Source: an uncultured Bacilli bacterium
GTDB lineage: Bacteria > Bacillota_I > Bacilli_A > RF39 > UBA660
Length of the DNA: 64,000 nt
Direction of reading: 5' to 3'
Assembly (NCBI GenBank): GCA_910584655.1
Contig: CAJUBJ010000001.1
Coordinates: forward strand, 236,086 to 300,085
The notes under the pieces were generated by a model. It was not told the DNA's origin, made no database searches, and worked only from the letters and a program-made list of their open reading frames with translations. Positions 48,781-58,120 of this stretch are shown here, piece after piece; position 1 is the stretch's first letter; each line of letters begins with the position of its first letter. The translations under genes were made by a program, and so were the position numbers.

Positions 48781-49776
48781 ATGAAAAAGTTTAATCCAGA
48801 AAAAGAGTTGAAAAAAGTACAGTTTAAAAGTTCTTCAAATGTAAATAGTACGAAATTAAGTAATCTTTACATTCCATCTTTAGTTATTGCTTGTTCTTGC
48901 TTAGCAATGGCCGGAATTACGTTTTCAGCAAAATTAGTTGATGACAGTAAAGATATTTATTCTATAAATGTTGAGATAATAAATGGGAATGAGACATCTT
49001 ATGCTCAAAAAGTGAAGAGAGGACCATTCAGTGATACAATAACAAGTGTTAATTCGTTTGGTTCTTTAGAATGTACATCTGGCAATTTAAATTATGATGA
49101 GGAGAGTGGAACTATTTCATCTCCTTATGTTACAGAAAATACTAGATGCGTATTGGTATTTAGGCCGGATGTGGTAAAAAATATCGAATATGATGGATTA
49201 AATATGATATCTGATAATTTAGGAACAAGTTATTATTATAAAGCTTCTGCAACTGATAATTATGTAAAAATAAAAGATATGCTATTTAGAATAGTTAGAA
49301 TTAATGGTGATGGTACATATAGGTTAATTTTAAATGATATTATAATGTCTAGTAATTATGGTGTTAGAAATGATTATTATATGAGTGATATTAAAGTTAA
49401 TTTGGAAAAATGGTTTAGTTCTAATTTTAATGGTGAAGAATATTTAGTAGAGGGAGATTATGATGTTACTAATTATTCTGGGTATGATTTAGATAATATA
49501 ATTAATTTTGAAGGCTATGCTCTTGGATATGTTGGGATGTTGAGTGTTAGAGAAGCTGAATTAATGACTAAAGATGAGAATGGTATAAGTTTTTTTGATA
49601 GTGTAAATGGAATATATTTAAGTAATCCAAATGGTGTTACAAATGTATATGCTTATAAAAATGGAGAAATAATTAGTGTTGATTCAAATACTATTCTTAA
49701 TGTTAGACCTGTAATTAATGTTAAAGGAACTCTTGAAGGTGAAGGTACTTTAAATAATCCATATACTATAAAATAA
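48781..49776 (+). CDS. membrane-anchored protein, paralogue of 44510..45436 (DUF6273-like C-terminal module)
   Basis: NYVKIKDMLFRIVRINGDGTYRLILND...VNLEKWFSSNF...VGMLSVREAEL...IYLSNPNG...ILNVRPVINVKG...GEGTLNNPYTI. Confidence 0.65.
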   Translation: MKKFNPEKELKKVQFKSSSNVNSTKLSNLYIPSLVIACSCLAMAGITFSAKLVDDSKDIYSINVEIINGNETSYAQKVKRGPFSDTITSVNSFGSLECTSGNLNYDEESGTISSPYVTENTRCVLVFRPDVVKNIEYDGLNMISDNLGTSYYYKASATDNYVKIKDMLFRIVRINGDGTYRLILNDIIMSSNYGVRNDYYMSDIKVNLEKWFSSNFNGEEYLVEGDYDVTNYSGYDLDNIINFEGYALGYVGMLSVREAELMTKDENGISFFDSVNGIYLSNPNGVTNVYAYKNGEIISVDSNTILNVRPVINVKGTLEGEGTLNNPYTIK

Positions 49777-49820
49777 ATTTTAATAATTTAGTTGATATAT
49801 AGATGAAATAATAAAATTGG

Positions 49821-49850
49821 GAAGAAATAAATCTTTATTTCTTCTTTTTT
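49821..49850 (+). terminator. intrinsic terminator
   Basis: Stem GAAGAAATAA/TTATTTCTTC followed by T6. Confidence 0.7.
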
Positions 49851-49861
49851 GATGGTTAATT

Positions 49862-49870
49862 TGTTATAAT
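49862..49870 (+). promoter_or_regulatory. extended -10 element TGTTATAAT upstream of mutS
   Basis: Exact 9-mer 18 nt upstream of the annotated ATG, implying a very short leader. Confidence 0.4.
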
Positions 49871-49887
49871 AAATGACGTGATGTATT

Positions 49888-52428
49888 ATGAAAAGAAATG
49901 AAGTAGATAGAAGCAAATTAAGTCCTGGAATGAAACAATATATGGAAATTAAAGATAACTATGAAGAAGAATTGTTATTTTTTAGATTGGGAGATTTTTA
50001 TGAATTGTTTTTTGAAGATGGGATATTGTGTAGTAGAGAATTGGAATTAACATTAACTAGTAAAAATGGTGGATTAGATGAGCGAATTCCGATGTGTGGT
50101 GTGCCATTTCATAGTGTTCAACCTTATATTGAAAAGTTGGTTAGTAAAGGATATAAAGTAGCGATATGTGAACAATTAGAAGATCCTAAAAGTGCAAAAG
50201 GAATGGTTAAAAGGGGAGTAGTTCAAGTAATAAGTAAAGGTACTGTTGTAGATTATGAAATGTTAAAAGATTACGATAATAATTATATTGGTAGTGTCTT
50301 AGATTTTAATAATCTATATACTATTACGTATAGTGATATTTCTACTGGTTCTTTGTATATTATGGAAATTCCTAAAACGCAAGAAAAATTAATCAATACA
50401 ATATTGTCTTTGAATTTAAAAGAAGTTATTTTATATGATAATAGTAATAATGATCTTATTAATCTTTTAAAATATACTTATGGAATAGAAGTTAGTATAA
50501 GTAATGAATATTTAGAAAATAAATATGAATATTTATATAAAGAAATTAAAGAAATGAGATATATACTTGGAATTAAGCATTTACTTTATTATTTGGTGGT
50601 TAAACAATTAAAAGAATTAGATCATATTAGTGGAGTGGAAATAGTTAGACCTGATGAATTTTTAGAAATGGATGTACATTCGGTAAGAAATTTAGAGTTG
50701 TTTGAGACTTTAAGATTAAAGGAAAGAACTTATAGCTTGATATGGTTACTTGATAAAACTAAAACTGCTATGGGAAGCAGATGTTTAAAGAATTGGCTTG
50801 CAAATCCTCTTAAAGAGAAAGATGCTATTTTGAAACGTTATGATATGATTGAGACTTTAAGAACAGAATTTATTGTTAAAGAAGAGCTATCACATGAATT
50901 GGAAGAAGTTTATGATTTAGAAAGACTTTGCGGTAAAGCGATATGTGGTAATTTGAATGCTAGAGATGTTCTACAAATTAAGAGAAGTTTAGGAGTATTA
51001 CCTAGTATAGATGCAAAGATTAAGCAGTTAGGTTTCGAATATGAATTTAGTGATGAATCTAAGCTTTTTGAATTACTTGAAAGAGGAATATATGAAACAC
51101 CACCTATTGGTTTAAAAGAGGGATATTTAATTAAAGATGGTTTTAATGCTGAGTTAGATGAATTAAAAAGTATTCGTAGTGGAGGAAAAGATTTTATTGC
51201 TAGTTTAGAGGAACAGGAAAGAGAAAGAACTGGTATTAAAACTTTGAAAGTTGGTTATACTAAAGTTTTTGGTTATTATATAGAAGTAAGTAAGGGACAG
51301 TGTGATCAGGTAAAGGATGAATATGGTTATGAAAGAAGACAAACTTTAACTAATTGCGAGAGGTTTATAAGCCCTTTGCTTAAAGAAAAAGAAGCTTTAG
51401 TATTAAATGCTGAAGAGAAGATAGTTGAGCTTGAATATAATTTATTTATGGAGATTAAAGAGGAGATAAAGAAAGAAATATTCAATTTAAAGGCTATTGC
51501 AAGAGATTTAGCGAGTGTTGATGCAATAATAAGTTTAGCTACTGTTGCTGATGAGTATAATTTGGTTCGACCTGAGATACTTGATGTTAGAAGGATAGAA
51601 ATTGTTGAAGGTAGACATCCTGTTGTAGAAAGAGTAAGCAAAAAGGAATATGTATCTAATGATTGTATGATGGATGAAGAGACAAATACTTTTTTAATTA
51701 CTGGACCTAATATGAGTGGTAAATCAACGTTTATGAGACAACTTGCTATTATAATATTAATGGCTCAGATGGGATCGTTTGTTCCGGCAAAAAGTGCTAA
51801 GCTACCGATATTTGATAAAATTTTTACCAGAATTGGAGCGTCTGATGATTTAGTTAGTGGCGAATCAACTTTTATGGTTGAGATGATGGAAGCTAAGAAT
51901 GCATTGGTTAACGCAACAGGAGATTCGTTGATATTGTTTGATGAATTGGGGCGTGGGACAGCTACATATGATGGAATGAGTCTTGCTCAAGCTATTTTGG
52001 AATATGTAAATGATAAGATAAAGTGTAAAACTTTATTTAGTACCCATTATCATGAATTGACGGCACTTGATAAACTTAGTGGTATAAAAAATGTTCATGT
52101 TGAAGCTTATGAAAAGGATGGAAATGTGACATTTTTACATAAAGTAAAAGAGGGTTCGGTTGATAAAAGTTATGGAATTCACGTTGCTAAGTTAGCAGGA
52201 ATGCCAAAGGAAATACTAGGAAGAGCTTCCGAAGTTTTAAAGTATTATGAAGGAAGCAGTAAAGAAGCTTTAGTTACGACGAGTGAACAAGTTACATTTA
52301 ATTTTGATGTTCAGGATAATGAGTCTTCTCCTGTTTTAGATAAATTAGAAGAAATAGATCCATTAAAGTGTACACCTATGGATGCTATTAATTTACTTTA
52401 TGAATTAAAGGAGTTATCTAAAAAATAA
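49888..52428 (+). CDS. mutS: DNA mismatch repair protein MutS
   Basis: SPGMKQYMEIK...FFRLGDFYELF mismatch-binding domain, Walker A GPNMSGKST, STFMVEM, DELGRGT. Confidence 0.97.
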   Translation: MKRNEVDRSKLSPGMKQYMEIKDNYEEELLFFRLGDFYELFFEDGILCSRELELTLTSKNGGLDERIPMCGVPFHSVQPYIEKLVSKGYKVAICEQLEDPKSAKGMVKRGVVQVISKGTVVDYEMLKDYDNNYIGSVLDFNNLYTITYSDISTGSLYIMEIPKTQEKLINTILSLNLKEVILYDNSNNDLINLLKYTYGIEVSISNEYLENKYEYLYKEIKEMRYILGIKHLLYYLVVKQLKELDHISGVEIVRPDEFLEMDVHSVRNLELFETLRLKERTYSLIWLLDKTKTAMGSRCLKNWLANPLKEKDAILKRYDMIETLRTEFIVKEELSHELEEVYDLERLCGKAICGNLNARDVLQIKRSLGVLPSIDAKIKQLGFEYEFSDESKLFELLERGIYETPPIGLKEGYLIKDGFNAELDELKSIRSGGKDFIASLEEQERERTGIKTLKVGYTKVFGYYIEVSKGQCDQVKDEYGYERRQTLTNCERFISPLLKEKEALVLNAEEKIVELEYNLFMEIKEEIKKEIFNLKAIARDLASVDAIISLATVADEYNLVRPEILDVRRIEIVEGRHPVVERVSKKEYVSNDCMMDEETNTFLITGPNMSGKSTFMRQLAIIILMAQMGSFVPAKSAKLPIFDKIFTRIGASDDLVSGESTFMVEMMEAKNALVNATGDSLILFDELGRGTATYDGMSLAQAILEYVNDKIKCKTLFSTHYHELTALDKLSGIKNVHVEAYEKDGNVTFLHKVKEGSVDKSYGIHVAKLAGMPKEILGRASEVLKYYEGSSKEALVTTSEQVTFNFDVQDNESSPVLDKLEEIDPLKCTPMDAINLLYELKELSKK

Positions 52429-52946
52429 TGTATAATAGTGAATATTTTTATGGAATAAGTGATTTGATGCACTTTAATGTATATGCTTCTTTATTGAAGG
52501 AACATATAATTAAGGAAGAAAGAGTTATTATTAAGGTTTTTAAGAAAGATAAGGAAATTGTTATTATTGAAACTAATAATTTTAATGATGTTATTTTGAA
52601 AGATACAAGAAAAGATAAGAATTGTGATTTGATGGAATTTGATTTAACCTTTTTGAAGGTTCTTGAAAGGTATTATAGTGATTATGAAATACCAGGAATG
52701 ATATATGAATATATGGAAGGTGTTGGTTCGTGGTATCGTGTGAAAATAGAAGGATATTCTCCTGAGGAAAAATTACTTAAGCCATTCTTTTTGAAGAAAA
52801 AAGTTGATAAAGATTCTTTGATTAAATATAGTAAAAATGATCAAGAATTACAAAGATTAAATGATTTTTATAGTATTACTAAAGGATTAATAAAGTTTAG
52901 TAAGAAAAAAGAAATTAAAGAACTATTTTTTAAAGTAGAAGAATAG
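52428..52946 (+). CDS. hypothetical protein (172 aa), start overlaps the mutS stop (TAATG)
   Basis: ORF coupled to mutS. A terminator hairpin overlaps its 3' end. No family recognised. Confidence 0.5.
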   Translation: MYNSEYFYGISDLMHFNVYASLLKEHIIKEERVIIKVFKKDKEIVIIETNNFNDVILKDTRKDKNCDLMEFDLTFLKVLERYYSDYEIPGMIYEYMEGVGSWYRVKIEGYSPEEKLLKPFFLKKKVDKDSLIKYSKNDQELQRLNDFYSITKGLIKFSKKKEIKELFFKVEE

Positions 52947-52955
52947 TTCTTTTTT
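52920..52955 (+). terminator. intrinsic terminator ending the mutS unit
   Basis: Stem GAACTATT/AATAGTTC followed by T6. Confidence 0.6.
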
Positions 52956-52956
52956 A

Positions 52957-52965
52957 TGTTATAAT
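52957..52965 (+). promoter_or_regulatory. extended -10 element TGTTATAAT of the 1623-aa gene
   Basis: Exact 9-mer directly after the terminator T-run. RBS AGAGGGTGAG and the ATG follow at 52990. Confidence 0.55.
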
Positions 52966-52989
52966 TTAATTATTATAGAGGGTGAGTTT

Positions 52990-55900
52990 ATGCAGATATC
53001 TTTAATAGAAAAAAAGCTAATTGAAAGTATTAAGAAAGATTTAAACTCTGGTAAAAGTAATATCTTAAAAATAGGAATATTAAGTAGTGATGGGGTAGGA
53101 GAACTTATTCATGAAAAAAAGTTTCTTTTAGATTTAAGAAAGTTAAATAGTAAAACCGCATCAAAAGTAATTCATATGATTCAAAATAATGAAATATTGA
53201 GTTCTCAAGATGAATTTGAAAAATATAATGTTTGTTCATATGTTTTTGAAGGAAAAAATCTTAATTTTATAAGGAAACATTTGAAAGATGCACCTTTATT
53301 AACTACTTATTATTTGTTAAATAATATGCAACTTTTTGAAGAAGCAATTAAGACTTTTTCGGTTCAGGAACAGGAAATTATTTTTGATAGTTATTTTACT
53401 CTGGATAAAAATGGTTTGCTGTTGTCATATTATGATATTTATAAATATATGATTAATTTGACAGATGAAGCTAAAATAAAATATATGATGAATTCTGTAT
53501 GCTATATGAATTTTGAAGAATTAGATGTTCTTTTTGATAGTTTTAAGTCTCATCAAAAATTAATAGAAGCGATTGATATATTTTATGATAAAACATATAT
53601 TAATGAGTTTGTAAATGTATTTAAGTATTTATCAAGTGATGAGGTTGCTGAATTGATAAAACCTAAATTAGCTAAAAATTGTTATAATGCAGGAGAATTA
53701 ATAAAAAAATTAAGTTTTGAACAAAAGATTGATATTTTAAATTATTTAATTGTGAATGATACATATAATGTAAGTCTTTTTGCGAATATGATGGTTGATG
53801 AATATGTTAAGAATAATAATGACTTAAATATATATAATATTTTGAATAAGATTTTTGATCAAAATAAGATTTCAACTTCACTTCTTGATTTAGAGGCTGC
53901 TAAAACAAAAATTAATGATATGAGTGGAGAAGAATTGTTAAACTTGTATATTTCATCTTCTTTTGAGCCGATAAAGCAATATATAAAGTCTTCTAAAAAT
54001 TTGTGGCAGAAAGAACCTTTGTTATCTTATCTGATAGAAAATGATTTGTCTTTTATATGCAAGTATGTTTTTAGAGAAAGTTCTTTAACTGATATGGAAA
54101 AGGAATTGTTTTTAAATAAAGATATAGTTTATAAAATGGCTGATAATTTGTTTAAAAATAGTGAATTTGAAGCTATTGTTTATAGATATCAAAATCTTAT
54201 AGGTGAATATTTTAAAGATGAGGAATTTGCACATAAATTACTTAGAAATATACCTAGAGTTATTGAGATATTTTATACATTAGAAATGAATGTTAATTTA
54301 ATTAGATTTGCTTTTGATAATGGTTATATTCCTTTTACATATTTGTATGATAAGTTTAAAGATAATAAGGATGTTATTGATGCTTGGCTTAGTTGTATTA
54401 AAGATTTTGACGCAAAGAATGAATCTTTTTCAACATTATTTAATAATCTTGTTAATGTGCCCGATTTTCCTTTGATACAGGAGATATTATTACAAAAAGC
54501 AGCTGATAATTTAAATATGCCTTTTGATGTTTTTTTAAAACGATTTGAGGCTTTAAAAAAAGTTAATAGTGAGATTTTAAGTACTTTAGATTATCGTTTG
54601 TTTGATGAAAAATTTTCGTTTTTAAGTACAAATAAAATTGAAATTTTAGGTGCTAATAAAATTGTTTCATCTAAATTATGTTCTTTGTCAATTAATCAGT
54701 TAAAAGTTATAAAAGATATGATGTCTTTTTCTTCGTCAATAAACTGGATTGATTTATTAGATAGAATATTAAATAATATTTACGATTATATAGATTTAAT
54801 TGACGATTTAGCAGATAAAGTATTGGATATTAATGAGATATCTTTACTAACAAGAATGATGGTTCATAATAATTTCTTGAAGATTAAAACATATGAAGAT
54901 TTAAAAGCTTATGATGATAAACTTGATTATTTAATTAAACAATTAGAAAAAAGCGAAGATATTGAAAAGTATAAAGAATTAAATGCATTGTGTATTTTGG
55001 GAATAGATTATAAAGAGTTTTCAAGAATATATTCGATCTATTGCAGTGATTTAGAACAATTTTGTAAGCTTAGTAAAAATGAAGATTTAAAAAATATTTT
55101 AAAGTTTGTTAAAAATGTTTCTGAATGTAACTCTATAGATATATTAAAAGATATATATAATAATACACCTAAATTAAAAGTTAGTTCGGAATTAATTATT
55201 AATTTAGATGCTGAGATTAGAAGAGAATTTTTGAAATTATATAATGAAACTTTGTATAAGGTAAATACAGATGATAAATTAGGTTCTAAAAGTTTTAATA
55301 TACAAACGAATACTGAAGGTAAGGTTATGTATGTTCCGTCAAATGATGGAGAAATATCTGTTGAATTTTATAGTCCAATTGGTCTTGGTGATGAGCAGAA
55401 AGAGTTTTCACTTATAATGACTTCACTTGGGGCTTATTCAGAACATGAAGAACCAGATGATTATTATGCTAGTTGGAATGTTGATTTGATTCAGTCGCAT
55501 GGATTTTGTTGTAGCTACTTGAAAAATGATAATTTAGGTACAGCAAGAATTTGTCATGCATGCTTAGGTTTTAACGAATTTGATCCTGATTCTTTATTGT
55601 TATCTGCTCCCTATGATATTGGATCTGCAACTGCTAATACAAAATTTAATACTTCACGTGAAATGAATACTAGATTTTGTACACCAAGAGGAATGGTTAA
55701 TGCGACAAGGCATACACATAATGAAATGGTTTTTGAACGTAGAAATTTAACAAGTGGAGGTTCTTTTAAAAAAGAGCCAGCTTATGCGGTATTTTTTTGT
55801 AACGATTTTAATAAGTTAACAGATTCTGAAAAAAGTATATATGAATCTACTGTAAAGGCAGCAATTCAACTTGGAAAAAATGGTAAAGCATTGCCTGTTA

Positions 55901-57861
55901 TTGTAGTAGAAAGATTGAAAATAGCTAAATATCAATATGATTTAATGAATAAGAAAGTAGCGAAGTTGATAGAGGATTATGAACCAGGACAAGCTAAAGA
56001 ATTAATCGTATCTTTTGTTAATAATAGAATTGGTAATACATATGCTGATGAAATTAATGATAAGTATTTTAATTCTGATTTTCAAAAATATATTATAGAT
56101 GCAATGATTTCGAAAATTATTGATTTAAGAAAGCAAGGATTAATAGAAGAATCTTTATTGTTATATAATGAGATAGATAATGCTATTAAAGAAGAAAGAA
56201 AAAATGGTGATTCAGGAATTTCTTTAATATTTAGAAGTCAATTTGATAAATTAAAAAAGAAAATGCAAATTCTTAATTTAAATAAGGATAATGATAGCCA
56301 ATTATTAAGAAATTTGTTGGTGGCATTTTCACAAATAGAAGATGATAAATGTTTAAAACGTTTTAATGAAATTGGTTCAATTTATGAAGCAGAGTATTTT
56401 ATTGATAATGCGGAAATATTGGATATTTTATTAAATGAAGTTGATATGAAGACTTTATCTGCTAAACTTAAAGAGTTAGAAGAAGATAATATTTATGTAA
56501 ATAATTCTCCTCATAATAATAGATATATAGCTAATAAATTTTTGTATTCTTTAATGATTTTAGAAAAGAGATTAATGCATAATATTGATATTAATATGGT
56601 ACTGGATGTAATAAAATATCAAAGATGTTCTTATATGGATGGTGCTTCACAAAAGAATGTTTTGTCGTCTATTAATAAAGCAGAAAAAATGCTGAATCAA
56701 AAAGGATATGAACAGAGTACAATTGATAAAATTAAATTATTAATATTCTTACAAGATAAAAAGGATATTAATGAAGAAATGGTTAATGAAATTATCCAAA
56801 GAAATCAATTGAATACTATATACAATTTTAATTTAATTGAATTACAGGAAATTATAAATATTATTCATGATGTAGAATGTTTAGCTCATGCTAGATTTGT
56901 TACAGCCGATGAAGTTGACAAAAAGTATTTTTTTGATGAGAGAAATTTTAATTTTACTAAGCTTTCTTATCAACTAGAGGAGAGCTTTGCAATGATGGAT
57001 ATTAAGGATTATGCTAAAAATAATTTCATTAATGAAAGTAGTTATTTGGGAAAAGCAAATAATCCGCAGGAAGTTATAAGGTCAATAAGAAAAGGGAAAA
57101 CTGTGGATGGTGAATATAAAAATAATACTTATGAAAATGCATTCTTGGAGATTGATGTGGCTGAAAAAACAAATCCTTTGAATTTAATTTCTAAAAAAAT
57201 GAAGAATTATGGAGAGTTACCTCAACAATTATCTCTTATTGATTTTTATTCTCAAATTTTGAAAATGCCTAATTATTCTTATTTAAATAAGAAAATTGAA
57301 ATAAGGGAAGATTTATATTTAAATTGTTCTGAAATACATGGTGCAACACATGCAAATAATGTTTCATTATTTGCGACATATATTGCTAATTCTATTGGAC
57401 TTAGTGATAATGATGTGAAAACAATTATTGAAGCTTCTATTTATCATGATATTGGTCGTACAAGCGATTCGGTAAGTAATAATCATGGAGAGGTAGGAGC
57501 TGTAAAATATGGTGCATATGTTGAATGTCCGAATACTATTAATTCAAATGAAGTTAAATTTTTGATCGAAGCACACGCGTTACCTAGTTTGAAATATATT
57601 AGTGGTTTATTTAATAAATATAATTTTGATGATAATGATAAGGAAAGACTTTATAGAATGGCAACTGTTATTCGTGATGCTGATGCTTTAGATAGGACTC
57701 GTTTTTGTTTGTTTAGTGAAGAAAATAATTTAAAAGCAGAATTTTTAGTTAATGATGTTAGTAAAAAAATTATTGAATCTTGTCAAAGATTGAATTATAT
57801 TATTTATCAAGATTATATAAATGAAAAGATGTTGTCAGGCTCTGTAGCATTTGGTAAGTGA
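52990..57861 (+). CDS. very large (1623 aa) multidomain protein: helical-repeat N-terminal two-fifths, unrecognised Cys/His-rich core, helical linker, C-terminal HD phosphohydrolase domain
   Basis: Uninterrupted 4.9-kb ORF with a strong RBS. HD domain motifs: IHGATHANNV...ASIYHDIGR...NNHGEVGA...IRDADALDRTRF (nt about 57331-57710). The core SHGFCCSY...ARICHACLGF...RHTHNEMVFERRN (nt about 55315-55930) matches no family I know. Confidence 0.8.
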   Translation: MQISLIEKKLIESIKKDLNSGKSNILKIGILSSDGVGELIHEKKFLLDLRKLNSKTASKVIHMIQNNEILSSQDEFEKYNVCSYVFEGKNLNFIRKHLKDAPLLTTYYLLNNMQLFEEAIKTFSVQEQEIIFDSYFTLDKNGLLLSYYDIYKYMINLTDEAKIKYMMNSVCYMNFEELDVLFDSFKSHQKLIEAIDIFYDKTYINEFVNVFKYLSSDEVAELIKPKLAKNCYNAGELIKKLSFEQKIDILNYLIVNDTYNVSLFANMMVDEYVKNNNDLNIYNILNKIFDQNKISTSLLDLEAAKTKINDMSGEELLNLYISSSFEPIKQYIKSSKNLWQKEPLLSYLIENDLSFICKYVFRESSLTDMEKELFLNKDIVYKMADNLFKNSEFEAIVYRYQNLIGEYFKDEEFAHKLLRNIPRVIEIFYTLEMNVNLIRFAFDNGYIPFTYLYDKFKDNKDVIDAWLSCIKDFDAKNESFSTLFNNLVNVPDFPLIQEILLQKAADNLNMPFDVFLKRFEALKKVNSEILSTLDYRLFDEKFSFLSTNKIEILGANKIVSSKLCSLSINQLKVIKDMMSFSSSINWIDLLDRILNNIYDYIDLIDDLADKVLDINEISLLTRMMVHNNFLKIKTYEDLKAYDDKLDYLIKQLEKSEDIEKYKELNALCILGIDYKEFSRIYSIYCSDLEQFCKLSKNEDLKNILKFVKNVSECNSIDILKDIYNNTPKLKVSSELIINLDAEIRREFLKLYNETLYKVNTDDKLGSKSFNIQTNTEGKVMYVPSNDGEISVEFYSPIGLGDEQKEFSLIMTSLGAYSEHEEPDDYYASWNVDLIQSHGFCCSYLKNDNLGTARICHACLGFNEFDPDSLLLSAPYDIGSATANTKFNTSREMNTRFCTPRGMVNATRHTHNEMVFERRNLTSGGSFKKEPAYAVFFCNDFNKLTDSEKSIYESTVKAAIQLGKNGKALPVIVVERLKIAKYQYDLMNKKVAKLIEDYEPGQAKELIVSFVNNRIGNTYADEINDKYFNSDFQKYIIDAMISKIIDLRKQGLIEESLLLYNEIDNAIKEERKNGDSGISLIFRSQFDKLKKKMQILNLNKDNDSQLLRNLLVAFSQIEDDKCLKRFNEIGSIYEAEYFIDNAEILDILLNEVDMKTLSAKLKELEEDNIYVNNSPHNNRYIANKFLYSLMILEKRLMHNIDINMVLDVIKYQRCSYMDGASQKNVLSSINKAEKMLNQKGYEQSTIDKIKLLIFLQDKKDINEEMVNEIIQRNQLNTIYNFNLIELQEIINIIHDVECLAHARFVTADEVDKKYFFDERNFNFTKLSYQLEESFAMMDIKDYAKNNFINESSYLGKANNPQEVIRSIRKGKTVDGEYKNNTYENAFLEIDVAEKTNPLNLISKKMKNYGELPQQLSLIDFYSQILKMPNYSYLNKKIEIREDLYLNCSEIHGATHANNVSLFATYIANSIGLSDNDVKTIIEASIYHDIGRTSDSVSNNHGEVGAVKYGAYVECPNTINSNEVKFLIEAHALPSLKYISGLFNKYNFDDNDKERLYRMATVIRDADALDRTRFCLFSEENNLKAEFLVNDVSKKIIESCQRLNYIIYQDYINEKMLSGSVAFGK

Positions 57862-57871
57862 GGTTTTAAAA

Positions 57872-58039
57872 ATGGAAGAAAAGAAAAAAGAAGAGATTGA
57901 TTTATCTAAACTAACTTCTAAAGAAGAATTGTCAAAAATTGCTGAAATATGTAAAAAACTTAATTATATTTTTAATAATAACGAATCTGTTAAAGAAAGT
58001 TTAGAAGAACCAGTTTTAACGAAAAAAGGTAAAATGTAG
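57872..58039 (+). CDS. 55-aa charged helical mini-protein downstream of the 1623-aa gene
   Basis: GTGAGG RBS within the upstream stop region, ATG 10 nt after the TGA. MEEKKKEEIDLSKLTSKEELSKIAEICKKLNYIF... A terminator follows. Confidence 0.45.
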   Translation: MEEKKKEEIDLSKLTSKEELSKIAEICKKLNYIFNNNESVKESLEEPVLTKKGKM

Positions 58040-58048
58040 TTATAAGTA

Positions 58049-58078
58049 AAAACTATTCAATAAAAGAATAGTTTTTTT
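58049..58078 (+). terminator. intrinsic terminator
   Basis: Perfect 10-bp stem AAAACTATTC/GAATAGTTTT with a 7-nt loop and a T-run. Confidence 0.75.
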
Positions 58079-58079
58079 G

Positions 58080-58088
58080 TGTTATAAT
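58080..58088 (+). promoter_or_regulatory. extended -10 element TGTTATAAT
   Basis: Exact 9-mer immediately after the terminator, 32 nt before the ATG at 58121. Confidence 0.5.
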
Positions 58089-58120
58089 ATTAAAGATAGA
58101 ATTTGAGGAGTATATGTTAT

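Noticed and set aside
51327-51641. 104-aa minus-strand ORF inside mutS. Similar antisense ORFs occur at 1429-1647, 10532-10720, 11439-11654, 30350-30559, 41557-41742, 42028-42225, 60353-60634, 61102-61296 and 63350-63532.
   Set aside because: All are nested antisense within confidently identified genes and lack translation signals.
53029-53055. Possible P-loop (LNSGKSN) at the N-terminus of the 1623-aa protein, which would have suggested a STAND/AAA NTPase
   Set aside because: It does not fit GxxxxGK[ST], because the first Gly is missing. No Walker B or sensor motifs follow.
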